Shown: positions 9,244 through 18,906, counted from the first letter of the stretch. The stretch is 64,000 nucleotides of DNA from an uncultured Clostridia bacterium (GCA_947588355.1 CANPYI010000003.1:16225-80224), one strand, 5' to 3'. The notes: a model not told the origin generated them from the letters alone. Numbers and translations are program-made.

Positions 9244-9272
9244 TTGACTTTTAAAAATTCTCGTTGTAAAAT
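9244..9272 (+). promoter_or_regulatory. Sigma-A promoter of tRNA-Leu
   Basis: TTGACT-17-TAAAAT, ending 18 nt before the tRNA. Confidence 0.8.
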
Positions 9273-9290
9273 AAAAGGGCATTTTGATAT

Positions 9291-9372
9291 GCGGATGTGG
9301 CGGAATGGCAGACGCGCTTGTTTAAGGGGCAAGTGGGAAACCGTGGAGGTTCGACCCCTCTCATCCGCACCA
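9291..9372 (+). tRNA. tRNA-Leu, anticodon AAG
   Basis: Acceptor GCGGATG/CATCCGC; D-arm GCG..CGC; anticodon stem CTTGT/GCAAG with loop TTAAGGG; variable arm TGG-GAAA-CCG; T-arm GGAGG-TTCGACC-CCTCT; A73 and encoded CCA. Confidence 0.93.
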
Positions 9373-9379
9373 GATAAAC

Positions 9380-9407
9380 CTAAATCAATTTGATTTAGTT
9401 TTTTTTT
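9380..9407 (+). terminator. Intrinsic terminator after tRNA
   Basis: CTAAATCA-ATT-TGATTTAG followed by a T run. Confidence 0.7.
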
Positions 9408-9475
9408 ATTTTATATTAAAATTTTATTTGTGAATTTAAATTCTTTATGCTATTATGAAAACTAAAAAGGACTTT

Positions 9476-11149
9476 ATGAGACAAATTTTTAAAGCTTTCA
9501 AAATAATTTGGAAAGTTTTGCATAGAAAAGAAAAGTTTTGTTTTATCGGTGTTTTTATATTGTGTTTGACAAGAGCTTTCAGTTATCTTGGTTTTGCACA
9601 GGTTTTAGCATGTTTAACAGCAAAAGCTTTGGGAAATAATGCAGTTTTTTTTGGAATAACTTTGCCAAATTCATTGAGTTTTCTTGATGTTGCAGCAATA
9701 AATTTTGCAATAATGGCTTTCTTTTTAATACTTAACATCTTTTCGAGAAATATGATGCTACGTTTTAGCGAAGGTTTAGCAAAAACAAGATATCGAGAAT
9801 ATGCTCTGAAAGAAATTTTGTCATTAAGAAAAAATATGGACTTGAAGCACACAACAGGCGAGATTATTTTTATTGTAGAAAGTTCATCAGATGCTGTAGT
9901 GGATTATATAAAAAACTTAAACATAAACATTGTACCTTATGTTTTTTCTTCAGTAATTGCATCGGTTTATCTGTTTTTTATAAACATTTTTATTGGTATA
10001 AGTTCTTTAGCCATGGCATTTTTGATTTTTGTTGTTGCAATGTGGCGAACAAAACTAGACAAAAAACTATTTAAAAACATGGACATAGTAAATTCCAAAG
10101 TCAACAACAATATTTCAAATTGCATAAACAATTTACCTTTTATTTCTTTTATAAACTCAACCAATCATGAAATAGAGTTGCTAAAACAAAAGCACAAAAG
10201 ATACAACAAAATTGTTGCAAAAAGAATGAATATACATATTTTCTATTGGTCTATCCTTTACATTATGGAATACGCTTTCATGTTTTTGGCAACATTTTTG
10301 TTGGTCAAAAATTCAGGCAATACCATTGATATCGACACAATAGTTTTACTTGTCTCTTATTTGGATAGGCTGTTTTCGCCTATCAACGATATGGGCTACA
10401 ACTTAAATTTGCTAGTCAATCATTCAACTCGTGTGTGTCGTCTTGACGAGCTTTCCCCAAGTGCAGCTGACAGATTAAATCAACAAGAAAATTTGAAGAA
10501 TGAACGTCAGCAAATCAACTATTTGCGAGGACACAAGATCAAAAAAATTCAAATGAAAAACATCGAAATTGAAATTGGACAGTTTCATCGTGCAGGGCTA
10601 AATGCAACTTTTGAAGCAGGAAAAATTACTTGCATTTGTGGTCCTAGTGGAAGTGGAAAAACAACTCTCTTGGGTTGTCTTTTGGGCTTGAAAGAATATA
10701 AAAGTGGATCAATCATCATCAATGACCAACTTCGTGTGAGTTCTTTGTTTTATATATCAAACAAAATCAATTTGACATTACAAAATTGTACCATCTTTGA
10801 CAGAAGTGTAATTGAGAATATTGCATATCCAAAGTCAGAGCCAAATGCCTTTGCAAAAAAGAACATCAAAAAGTTTGAACTTGAGAAGGTAGCAGAGCGA
10901 ACAAACAATGACGAAACTAATCTACTTGATCAGCTTTCAGGTGGCGAAAAAAAACGAATTTCTTTTGTAAGGGCTGTTTCACGCCGAGGAGATATTTACA
11001 TATTTGATGAACCAACAAACGATCTTGACAACAAAAATGTTCAACTTGTTTTAGAAATGATGTGCAAAGTAAAGAAAAACGATATTGTGATTGTTGTATC
11101 ACATGATAAGCGAGTTATTGAAATTTCAGATGAAATAGTAAATTTATGA
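9476..11149 (+). CDS. ABC exporter, fused permease/ATPase
   Basis: Multiple TM segments followed by GPSGSGKTT, LSGGEKKR, IFDEPT and VVSHD. AAAGGA SD before ATG 9476; visibly AT-rich. Confidence 0.9.
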   Translation: MRQIFKAFKIIWKVLHRKEKFCFIGVFILCLTRAFSYLGFAQVLACLTAKALGNNAVFFGITLPNSLSFLDVAAINFAIMAFFLILNIFSRNMMLRFSEGLAKTRYREYALKEILSLRKNMDLKHTTGEIIFIVESSSDAVVDYIKNLNINIVPYVFSSVIASVYLFFINIFIGISSLAMAFLIFVVAMWRTKLDKKLFKNMDIVNSKVNNNISNCINNLPFISFINSTNHEIELLKQKHKRYNKIVAKRMNIHIFYWSILYIMEYAFMFLATFLLVKNSGNTIDIDTIVLLVSYLDRLFSPINDMGYNLNLLVNHSTRVCRLDELSPSAADRLNQQENLKNERQQINYLRGHKIKKIQMKNIEIEIGQFHRAGLNATFEAGKITCICGPSGSGKTTLLGCLLGLKEYKSGSIIINDQLRVSSLFYISNKINLTLQNCTIFDRSVIENIAYPKSEPNAFAKKNIKKFELEKVAERTNNDETNLLDQLSGGEKKRISFVRAVSRRGDIYIFDEPTNDLDNKNVQLVLEMMCKVKKNDIVIVVSHDKRVIEISDEIVNL

Positions 11150-11221
11150 CAAAATAAAAATTAATTTAAGATTACCCAAATAGCAATTGAATTTTTTATA
11201 CGGTATTTTAAGCAAAAATCA

Positions 11222-11251
11222 AAAAAAACAGGCATTTTTGCCTGTTTTTTT
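11222..11251. terminator. Bidirectional intrinsic terminator
   Basis: AAAAAAACAGGCA-TTTT-TGCCTGTTTTTTT between the convergent ABC gene and valS. Confidence 0.8.
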
Positions 11252-13667
11252 ATTCCAAAATAGGTTTTCCTATTTCTATTGAAAAACTTCCTTTTGCAAA
11301 GTTTATATTTCTTACAGAACAAACTGCTTTGATATCCGACTCGCAATCTTTCAAAAAATCCAGGTTTTGTGCAGTGATTGTCATTTGATCAATCTCAGTT
11401 TTCATGCTCAATTTGTTTTCGCCCTTAAATGCTCTGACTTTTGACACAATATCAACCACCATATCGCCGTTTTGTATGATATTTTGTTCATTTTCAACAT
11501 CAATCTTTGAAAGTGTTGTCAAATGGATTGAAATCTCTTTTTCAAACTTTCGGAAATAATTTTGATAAATTTCCTCAGTGATATATGGCATTGTGATTGC
11601 AAACAATTTCAAAACGCCCAAAAGCACATTATAGCATGCCCATTGTGCCGAAGTTTTGGCTTCCTCGCCGTATATTTCTGGTTTGTAAAGGCGATTTTTG
11701 GCAATTTCGATATAGTTGTCACAGAAGTTCCAGAAAAACTTTTCTATCTCGCTTTTTGCGTAGCCCATTTCAACATTTTCATATTGAGCACAAGTTTTTT
11801 CAAATGCTTCGTTAAATTTGTGCATGATGAATCTGTCCATAGGCAAAATTTTTGCTGGTTTTGTTGGAATATAGTCCTCCATAAAAGAGAGTACAAATTT
11901 GGAAGCGTTCCAAAGTTTGTTTAAAAGTTTGTAACCGTCTTTCAAGCCGTCGTCAGTAAGCATAACATCTCGCCCATACGCCCCGATTGCGCACCAATAC
12001 CTTATCACATCGGCACTGTACTGCTCTATCATCTCATTTGGACCAAGTTTGCTGTTTGAAAGATGTTTTGAAAGTTTAACGCCCTTATCCGCCATAACCC
12101 AACCATTGACAATCAATTTTTTCCAAGGCAGGCAGTTTTGATGATAATATGCTTTAATTATCGTTCTCAAACTCCATGTAGTGATGATATCTCGCCCGCA
12201 AAAACGCATATCCATAGGCATACGCTTTGCACATTCTTTTTCATTTTCTGCCCAATCACAGTTTATTTGAGGTGTCACCGAGGAAGTTGCCCAAGTGTCC
12301 ATAATATCATTTTCTGGAACAAACTCATTTGAGCCACATTCACACTTTGTTTTTGGCATAGTTGAAAGAGGGTTTACCGGCAAATCTTTTTCATCTGCAA
12401 AAATAGGTTTACCGCATTTTTTGCAGTACCAAACAGGAAACGGCACACCAAAATACCTTTGACGCGAAATGGACCAATCTTGATTGAGATTGTTCACCCA
12501 AGCCATGTAACGCGCTTTCATATTTTCTGGATGCCATTCAACTTGATTTCCAAGTTCTGTCCATTTTTTTCTTAATTCCTCTGTTGAAGTGCGAATAAAC
12601 CACTGTTTTTTAGACAAGAACTCAATAGGCTCTTCGCAACGTTCATGCACTTTCACAGCATGCACGATAGGATCTTGCTTATAGATGTATCCTGCAGATT
12701 TGAGATCTTCAATAATTTGTTTGCGAGCCTCAATAATCTTCAGTCCGGCATATTTTCCGGCTATTTCGGTCATTCTGCCGCTGTCGTCTATTGCTGCTTT
12801 AAGTGGAAGTTTATATTCTCTCCACCATTCAACGTCAGTCTGGTCACCAAAAGTACAGCACATAACAATGCCTGTACCTTTGTCAATGCCAACCTTACTG
12901 TCCGCAAGCACCGTGACCTCATTTTGCTCAAAAAGAGGCACTTTGACCTTTTTTCCAACAAGATGAGCATATCTTTTGTCTTCAGGATTGACAAATATTG
13001 CCACACAAGCAGGCAAAAATTCTGGTCTTGTCGTTGCAATAGGAATTGTGCCGGAGCCATCTGCCAAGCGAAAATTAAGATAGTTGAAAACACTTGCAAG
13101 TTCTTTGTCCTCAAGTTCCAATTCAGCAACACTTGTGTGACATTTGCAACACCATGGAGATGGCTTTTCCTCGCGATATGCAATCCCCTTTTTTGCAAGT
13201 TCGATAAACGACTTTTGGCTGGTTTTTTGGCTGTGATTGTCAATAGTGTTGTATCCAAGCAAAACATCACAACTCATTCCAGACCTCATGATAAGGTCAC
13301 GATAACTTTGATTGTATTTTGCCACCAACTCCAAAGCAATTTTTGTAAATTCCTCTCTTGGAATAGTGTGAGCCTTTATTTTCTTTTCTTTTTCCACCAA
13401 AAGTTCGGTTGGAAGTCCATTGTTGTCAAATCCAAGTGGATAAAACAAATTTTTGCCAAGCATACGGTTGTAACGTGCATACATATCCGCTTGTGCAAAG
13501 CCAAAAATATGCCCCATATGAAGATGACCACTTACAGTTGGTGGTGGAGTGTCAATAGAAAAAGTTGGCTTGTTTGATTTTTCGTCAAACTTGTAAACTT
13601 GATTTTCCTGCCAAAATTTTTCCCACTTTGGCTCTTTTTCTGCGAAATTATATTTATTATCTAACAT
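11250..13667 (-). CDS. valS: Valine--tRNA ligase, type 2 (archaeal-like, short C-terminus)
   Basis: FSIDTPPPTVSGHLHMGH, GFDNNGLPTE, ATTRPE, GTGIVMCCTFGD, DWSISRQRYFGVPFPVWYC, MDTWATSS, FWNFCDNYIE; 805 aa. Confidence 0.92.
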   Translation of the reverse strand: MLDNKYNFAEKEPKWEKFWQENQVYKFDEKSNKPTFSIDTPPPTVSGHLHMGHIFGFAQADMYARYNRMLGKNLFYPLGFDNNGLPTELLVEKEKKIKAHTIPREEFTKIALELVAKYNQSYRDLIMRSGMSCDVLLGYNTIDNHSQKTSQKSFIELAKKGIAYREEKPSPWCCKCHTSVAELELEDKELASVFNYLNFRLADGSGTIPIATTRPEFLPACVAIFVNPEDKRYAHLVGKKVKVPLFEQNEVTVLADSKVGIDKGTGIVMCCTFGDQTDVEWWREYKLPLKAAIDDSGRMTEIAGKYAGLKIIEARKQIIEDLKSAGYIYKQDPIVHAVKVHERCEEPIEFLSKKQWFIRTSTEELRKKWTELGNQVEWHPENMKARYMAWVNNLNQDWSISRQRYFGVPFPVWYCKKCGKPIFADEKDLPVNPLSTMPKTKCECGSNEFVPENDIMDTWATSSVTPQINCDWAENEKECAKRMPMDMRFCGRDIITTWSLRTIIKAYYHQNCLPWKKLIVNGWVMADKGVKLSKHLSNSKLGPNEMIEQYSADVIRYWCAIGAYGRDVMLTDDGLKDGYKLLNKLWNASKFVLSFMEDYIPTKPAKILPMDRFIMHKFNEAFEKTCAQYENVEMGYAKSEIEKFFWNFCDNYIEIAKNRLYKPEIYGEEAKTSAQWACYNVLLGVLKLFAITMPYITEEIYQNYFRKFEKEISIHLTTLSKIDVENEQNIIQNGDMVVDIVSKVRAFKGENKLSMKTEIDQMTITAQNLDFLKDCESDIKAVCSVRNINFAKGSFSIEIGKPILE

Positions 13668-13795
13668 TTCATTTGTCCTTTTTGTGTTTATTTTTTATAA
13701 TACCACACATTTACAAGAAAAACAAAACAATTTTTGTAAAACAACAAAACACAATTTTGTATTTTTGCATATCTTTGATTTTGTAAGGAGGAAAA

Positions 13796-14818
13796 ATGAA
13801 AATTTGTAAAAAACTTGGAATTTGTTGCTTGGCACTGTTGATGATTGTGTCAACCGCTGTTTTGGCAACCGCTTGTGGTGGAAAAGACTGGAACAAAATC
13901 GAACTTAACGAAGTCACACACAGCATCTTTTATGCACCACTCTATGTCGCCATGAACGAGGGTTACTTTAAAGACGAAGGCTTGACAATCTCGTTGACAA
14001 ATGGCGGCGGCTCAAATGTGTCCATGAACGCTCTTTTAAACGGCTCGGCGGACATAATTTTGGCAGGACCAGAAACGTCTGTCTATACACAACATGTTGC
14101 CGATGCACCAAAAGTTTTTGGACAACTGACAACCTGCGATGGCTCGTTTATCATTTCAAAGACTCACATCGATGATTTTGACCTTAAAGATTTGAAAGGA
14201 AAGTCCATAATAGGTGGCAGACCGGGCGGAATGCCGGCTATGACATTAAACTACATTCTTCATGAAAACAACATCGAGATTGGAGATGGAGAAGACAAGG
14301 TGAAGGTGCGTTCTGATGTCGATTTCAACAACACCGCATCTGTTTGGGCAAGTGACAGCACTATTGATTTTTGCGCCTTGTTTGAGCCAACAGCAACAAA
14401 CATGACAAAAGAGAATGCCAATTATCAAATCGTTGCCAGCCTTGGCAAACTTTTGGAAAAACGTATGCCATACACCTGCTTTGCAGCACGAGAAAGTTAC
14501 TTAAAAGATCATGCAGATGTTGCAGAAAAATTCATTAAGGCAGTTTTGCGTGGGGAAAAATTTATTGAAAATCACACCGATGCCGAAGTTGCAAAGGCAC
14601 TTAAGGATTCATTCTCTGTCAACACTTTGGAAGAACTCGAAGCATCTGTAAGACAATATCGCAGTATTGAAGCGTGGTCAAAAGACATGATTTTGACAAA
14701 AGAGTCTTTTGAAAATCTTATGGATATTTTGGAATTCAACAAAACAATCGCTTCACGCTCTGATTGGGCAAATATTGTTGACAACACAATTGCAGAAAAA
14801 TTGAAATCTGCAGTATAA
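13796..14818 (+). CDS. ABC substrate-binding lipoprotein, NMT1/THI5/SsuA family
   Basis: LATAC lipobox; EVTHSIFYAPLYVA, GGRPGGMP, FEPTA. No cognate permease adjacent. Confidence 0.85.
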   Translation: MKICKKLGICCLALLMIVSTAVLATACGGKDWNKIELNEVTHSIFYAPLYVAMNEGYFKDEGLTISLTNGGGSNVSMNALLNGSADIILAGPETSVYTQHVADAPKVFGQLTTCDGSFIISKTHIDDFDLKDLKGKSIIGGRPGGMPAMTLNYILHENNIEIGDGEDKVKVRSDVDFNNTASVWASDSTIDFCALFEPTATNMTKENANYQIVASLGKLLEKRMPYTCFAARESYLKDHADVAEKFIKAVLRGEKFIENHTDAEVAKALKDSFSVNTLEELEASVRQYRSIEAWSKDMILTKESFENLMDILEFNKTIASRSDWANIVDNTIAEKLKSAV

Positions 14819-14821
14819 AAC

Positions 14822-14852
14822 AAAAAACCGCTGAAAATAGGCGGTTTTTTTT
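14822..14852. terminator. Bidirectional intrinsic terminator
   Basis: AAAAAACCGC...GCGGTTTTTT between convergent genes. Confidence 0.75.
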
Positions 14853-14871
14853 AACAAAATTTTGTTTAATT

Positions 14872-15918
14872 TCAGTCTTCCATGTTGTCAGAGTCGTCCC
14901 CAGAAGAGAAATCAGTGTTTCCAACGGCTTGTTCACGAATTTTCTTTTCAAGTTCGTCCATAATCTGAGGATTTTTTTCAAGATACAATTTTGTATTTTC
15001 CTTGCCCTGTCCAACTTTTTCGTCGTTGTACGAAAACCATGCGCCGCTTTTTTTGATCAAGCCAAGATTGAGAGCCATATCAAGCACACAGCCAGAACGA
15101 GAAATTCCCTTTCCGTACATAATATCAAATTCAGCCACTTTAAATGGAGGAGCCATTTTGTTTTTGACAACCTTAACTTTTGTACGGTTTCCAATCACGT
15201 TTTGACCTTCTTTTATGGTGTCAGTTTTGCGAACATCAAGACGCACACTGGCATAAAACTTGAGCGCCTTTCCGCCAGTCGTAGTTTCTGGATTACCAAA
15301 CATAACTCCAATTTTTTCTCGAAGTTGATTGATAAAAATCACTGCTGTGTTGCTTTTTGAAGAAACAGAAGTCATTTTTCTGAGTGCTTGGCTCATCATT
15401 CGTGCTTGAAGTCCAACATGATTGTCGCCCATTTCGCCGTCAATCTCTGCCTTTGGAGTGAGCGCAGCAACACTGTCCACAACGATAACATCAAAAGCGC
15501 CTGAGCGAATCAAAGTGTCGCAAATATTGAGTGCTTGCTCGCCGTTGTCTGGCTGAGAAACATACAAAGCTTTGGTGTCAACACCCAATTTTTCTGCATA
15601 AGCAGGGTCAAGTGCATGTTCCGCATCAATAAAGGCAGCACGACCACCATTTTTTTGTGCCTCGGCAACAATATGCAATGAAACAGTTGTTTTTCCCGAA
15701 CTTTCCGGGCCATAAATCTCTACAATTCTTCCGCGAGGAACACCACCTATGCCAAGTGCAAGGTCAAGTGTCAAACAGCCGGTTGAGATAACCTCCACTT
15801 TTTGATAAGGTTGGTCGCCAAGTTTCATAATAGCACCCTTACCATAATCCTTTTCAATTTTCAAAAGTGCTTGTTCCAATGCTTCAACACGAGCATCTTT
15901 TTTCTCTTTCTCCGCCAT
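14872..15918 (-). CDS. recA: Recombinase RecA
   Basis: [46 protein letters not shown]. Confidence 0.99.
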   Translation of the reverse strand: MAEKEKKDARVEALEQALLKIEKDYGKGAIMKLGDQPYQKVEVISTGCLTLDLALGIGGVPRGRIVEIYGPESSGKTTVSLHIVAEAQKNGGRAAFIDAEHALDPAYAEKLGVDTKALYVSQPDNGEQALNICDTLIRSGAFDVIVVDSVAALTPKAEIDGEMGDNHVGLQARMMSQALRKMTSVSSKSNTAVIFINQLREKIGVMFGNPETTTGGKALKFYASVRLDVRKTDTIKEGQNVIGNRTKVKVVKNKMAPPFKVAEFDIMYGKGISRSGCVLDMALNLGLIKKSGAWFSYNDEKVGQGKENTKLYLEKNPQIMDELEKKIREQAVGNTDFSSGDDSDNMED

Positions 15919-15949
15919 TTTTTTCTCCTAATCAATCAAATATAGTTAT

Positions 15950-15977
15950 ATTATATCAAAAACACCGAACATTTCAA
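15950..15977 (-). promoter_or_regulatory. Sigma-A promoter of recA
   Basis: TTGAAA-16-TATAAT with extended TG. Confidence 0.6.
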
Positions 15978-15993
15978 AGTGATTTAATGACAA

Positions 15994-16956
15994 TTATTTG
16001 CAGACACACAAAAGCCTAAACAAAGCAAAATCCACAACATTGTTCAAAACTTGATAAAAATCTCCTGAAAAAGTGGTTGAAAACACATGTATTTGCTGCT
16101 TGTTTCCAACCGCAACAAAAAACTTTTCGTTGTCCCCCAAAACTGCCATTGTCAGGTCGGTTTTTGCAGAATTCATCAAATTTTTTGCAACCTCAAAGGC
16201 GGTTTCTTTGCTCGCCAAACCGTGTTCACTCAAAAATTCTTGACTTATTGACAATTTTTGAAAATCTTCATTTGAAAGCAAAACATGACATTCCTTGACA
16301 ACCGGAGACAAACTGTTTAATGCCCCGCACACAAGTCCAGAAGTTACTTGCTCTGCAATTGCCACACTAAGCCCGTTTTTTTTCAAAAATTGACTGCAAG
16401 TGGAAGCAACACTTTCATTTTCTGACGAATAAAGGTTTTCTGCAAAGGCATTTTTCAAAAGTTCCGGATTTACAGAAGAAGAGCAGTAAATTGTATGTAA
16501 AATAGGACTTTTTGTTATGATTTTATAATCACATCTTATTGAATTGAAAATGTTTTCAATATATCCCAAAGTTTTTCCAAACACACTGAAAACAAGTGGA
16601 GATTGATTTTCCAAAAATTCCTTCAAGAACATCTGATAATCAACTTCAAAAGGCAAAAACAGTATTCGTTTTTCAACATTTCCGTCATTTTTGTGTTCCA
16701 TCAAAACTGCTTGCTCATGAAGTAGCGTAAAACTGTCGCCCTCTTTTTTTATGTTTTCCAGCAAGCCGTCAAGATATTGATTTTCACAAATGACAATTGC
16801 CTTGTCAAAATCTTGCCCGCACTCGCCCTCACAATCGGTTTGCGTGTGGCAAATTATGTAAGAAAAATCAAAATGCCCCAAATTTAAAAGTGCATCTTCA
16901 ATTTTTCTTGTGCAAAAATTTTGATTTCCAGTGAAAACAATCACTCTATTTTTCAT
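15994..16956 (-). CDS. cinA: Highly diverged CinA-like protein
   Basis: Occupies the cinA position between pgsA and recA. C-terminal LSVAIAEQVTSGLV...EHGLASKETAFEVA...TDLTMAVLG echoes the CinA/PncC domain. Confidence 0.65.
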   Translation of the reverse strand: MKNRVIVFTGNQNFCTRKIEDALLNLGHFDFSYIICHTQTDCEGECGQDFDKAIVICENQYLDGLLENIKKEGDSFTLLHEQAVLMEHKNDGNVEKRILFLPFEVDYQMFLKEFLENQSPLVFSVFGKTLGYIENIFNSIRCDYKIITKSPILHTIYCSSSVNPELLKNAFAENLYSSENESVASTCSQFLKKNGLSVAIAEQVTSGLVCGALNSLSPVVKECHVLLSNEDFQKLSISQEFLSEHGLASKETAFEVAKNLMNSAKTDLTMAVLGDNEKFFVAVGNKQQIHVFSTTFSGDFYQVLNNVVDFALFRLLCVCK

Positions 16957-17590
16957 TGGTCTTATCCTTTTTCTCCATCAAAACTTGCTTGTTGCTTACA
17001 ATATAATTTATCCCCGAATATATTGTCAAAATCACCGTCAAAGCAAGCATAACATATCCAATTATGCAAAGCACACCATTTGCCGTGCCTGCGATAACAG
17101 AATAAAACTCTTCAACCAGAAATGCATAAACAAAGTAGTATATCAGCGTTGCCAATTGCACACAAGTTTTCACTTTTCCGATCATATCCGCTGCAATAAT
17201 GACATTTTTTGTGACAGCAACCATTCGGAATGCGGAAATAATAAACTCACGTGCCAACACAATTATCGCGGCAATAACGCCAACATACGTAGGATAAATG
17301 GCAGGCTCCAACAACTGACCACCATTTGGCACGATAGGCACACTTATCAAAAGCAGCAGCCCGCACATAACAAGCACCTTGTCGGCAATAGGATCCAAAA
17401 ATTTTCCTAAGTCTGTCACAAGGTTGCGCTTTCGGGCAATATGACCATCAAGGTAGTCAGTGAAACTTGCTACGCAAAAGATAAGCACAGCAATCAACTT
17501 TCCGTAAGGAATAAAAGATGCAAGATAGAAAAAAATGAAAAGTGGAATCAACAATATTCTGCAAAGTGTAATTCTGTTTGGCAAATTCAT
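16946..17590 (-). CDS. pgsA: CDP-diacylglycerol--glycerol-3-phosphate 3-phosphatidyltransferase
   Basis: MNLPNRITLCR, TDYLDGHIARK...GKFLDPIADK, GKVKT. Confidence 0.95.
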   Translation of the reverse strand: MNLPNRITLCRILLIPLFIFFYLASFIPYGKLIAVLIFCVASFTDYLDGHIARKRNLVTDLGKFLDPIADKVLVMCGLLLLISVPIVPNGGQLLEPAIYPTYVGVIAAIIVLAREFIISAFRMVAVTKNVIIAADMIGKVKTCVQLATLIYYFVYAFLVEEFYSVIAGTANGVLCIIGYVMLALTVILTIYSGINYIVSNKQVLMEKKDKTNEK

Positions 17591-18906
17591 ACAACTTCTC
17601 CTTTAAAATTTTCGCCGTCAAAATCTGAAAATTTGACCATAATCATGTCTCCGACTTTGATATGACCATTATCCACAATTTCCACTCCAAAGTCAACTGT
17701 TGGAGAAAGAAATTCGGTGTGTCCGACAAAAACTCCTTTGTTTTCGTCAAAATAGTCAACAAGTGTCAAAAAACTTTTCCCCAATCTTTCACGAGCATGG
17801 TTTGAAGCGATTTGATTCTGAATTTTTTGGACCTTTTTAAGTCTTATTTTTTTGATAAACTCACGCACTTGTCCATTCATGAAATAACTTGGCGTGTTTT
17901 CTTCACGATAGTATGGGAAAAATCCCGCATAATCAAACTTGCTTTCTTCCAAAAATGTGCAAAGTTTTGCAAAGTCCGCTCTTGTTTCAGTTGGATAGCC
18001 AACAATAAATGTCGTTCTCAAGGCAATTTGCGGATATTTTTCTTTCAGTTTTTTGACAAGTTGGCGTGTTTTTTCTTCGTCAAGATGTCTGCGCATGCTT
18101 TTTAGTATTCTTTCGTCGATATGTTGCAAAGGAATGTCCAAATATTTGCACATTTTGTCCTCTTTTGCAATAAACTCCAAAAGTTTGTCTGTCGTTTTTT
18201 CTGGATAGGCATAATGCAGTCTTATCCACTGTATTCCGTCAATTTTGCAAAGTTTTTTGCACAATTCCAAAAGTTTGTTTTGCCCGTACAAATCTTCCCC
18301 ATAGCGTGTCACATCTTGTGCAACAAGAATCAATTCCTTGACACCGTTTTTTGCCAAATATTTTGCCTCGTCAATCAAAGTGTCCATATCAAAACTGATA
18401 TATCTTCCTTTGATTCGTGGAATGGTGCAATACGAACAAGCATTGCTGCACCCCTCTGCAATTTTCAGATAGGCAAAACTTCCCCTGTTAGTAAAAATTC
18501 TGCCAAATCTTTCCTGATGCTTGCTTTCCGGCACATTGTAAAGTTTTTCAATAATTTGGCAAATATTCTCGTTGTCTTTTGCTGTCAAAAAACAGTCAAC
18601 CTCAGGAATTTCTTTGCAAAGTTCAGTTTTATGCCTTTGTGGCAAGCAACCTGACACCAAAACTTTTTCGATTTTTCCTTTGCTTTTCAAAAGGCACATT
18701 TCAAAAATATTTGAAAGTGCCTCTTTTTTTGCCGGAGTGATAAAAGCACAGGTATTGACAATCACAATGTTGGCATCACTGACATTATCCACAATTTCAA
18801 GGCCATAATCGGAAAGGCGAAATAGCATTTTTTCCAAATCAACTCTGTTTTTGTCGCAGCCCAAACTTATGGCACTAACTTTTTTGTTTTTTAATCTTTC
18901 GTCCAT
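17587..18906 (-). CDS. rimO: Ribosomal protein S12 methylthiotransferase
   Basis: SLGCDKNRVD, NTCAFI, AYLKIAEGCSNACSYCTIP, YLDIPLQH. Confidence 0.95.
   Translation of the reverse strand: MDERLKNKKVSAISLGCDKNRVDLEKMLFRLSDYGLEIVDNVSDANIVIVNTCAFITPAKKEALSNIFEMCLLKSKGKIEKVLVSGCLPQRHKTELCKEIPEVDCFLTAKDNENICQIIEKLYNVPESKHQERFGRIFTNRGSFAYLKIAEGCSNACSYCTIPRIKGRYISFDMDTLIDEAKYLAKNGVKELILVAQDVTRYGEDLYGQNKLLELCKKLCKIDGIQWIRLHYAYPEKTTDKLLEFIAKEDKMCKYLDIPLQHIDERILKSMRRHLDEEKTRQLVKKLKEKYPQIALRTTFIVGYPTETRADFAKLCTFLEESKFDYAGFFPYYREENTPSYFMNGQVREFIKKIRLKKVQKIQNQIASNHARERLGKSFLTLVDYFDENKGVFVGHTEFLSPTVDFGVEIVDNGHIKVGDMIMVKFSDFDGENFKGEVV

Noticed and set aside
9316-9333. Reading the tRNA anticodon as TAA (ordinary Leu-UAA)
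   Set aside because: Shifting the loop by one base breaks the anticodon stem (GCTTG cannot pair with GGCAA); only the AAG register gives a 5-bp stem with U33 and G37.
11150-11250. attR-type duplication of the tRNA 3' end bounding an integrated element
   Set aside because: No copy of the tRNA 3' sequence seen and no integrase in the window.
12645-13577. Long antisense ORFs (also 391-738, 2881-3585, 6113-6913, 8423-9205, 25594-26448 and many others)
   Set aside because: They shadow well-supported genes on the opposite strand, have no recognisable motifs, and are explained by host avoidance of codons that create antisense stops.
14872-15918. Alternative genetic code (stop or sense reassignment)
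   Set aside because: Conserved proteins (RecA, ClpC, RNase J, ParE) translate normally with code 11 and TGA ends genes at expected positions; a rare sense reassignment cannot be excluded by eye.
15960-15980. LexA (GAAC-N4-GTTC) box at the recA promoter
   Set aside because: Only one half-site (CGAAC) is present; the other half does not match.
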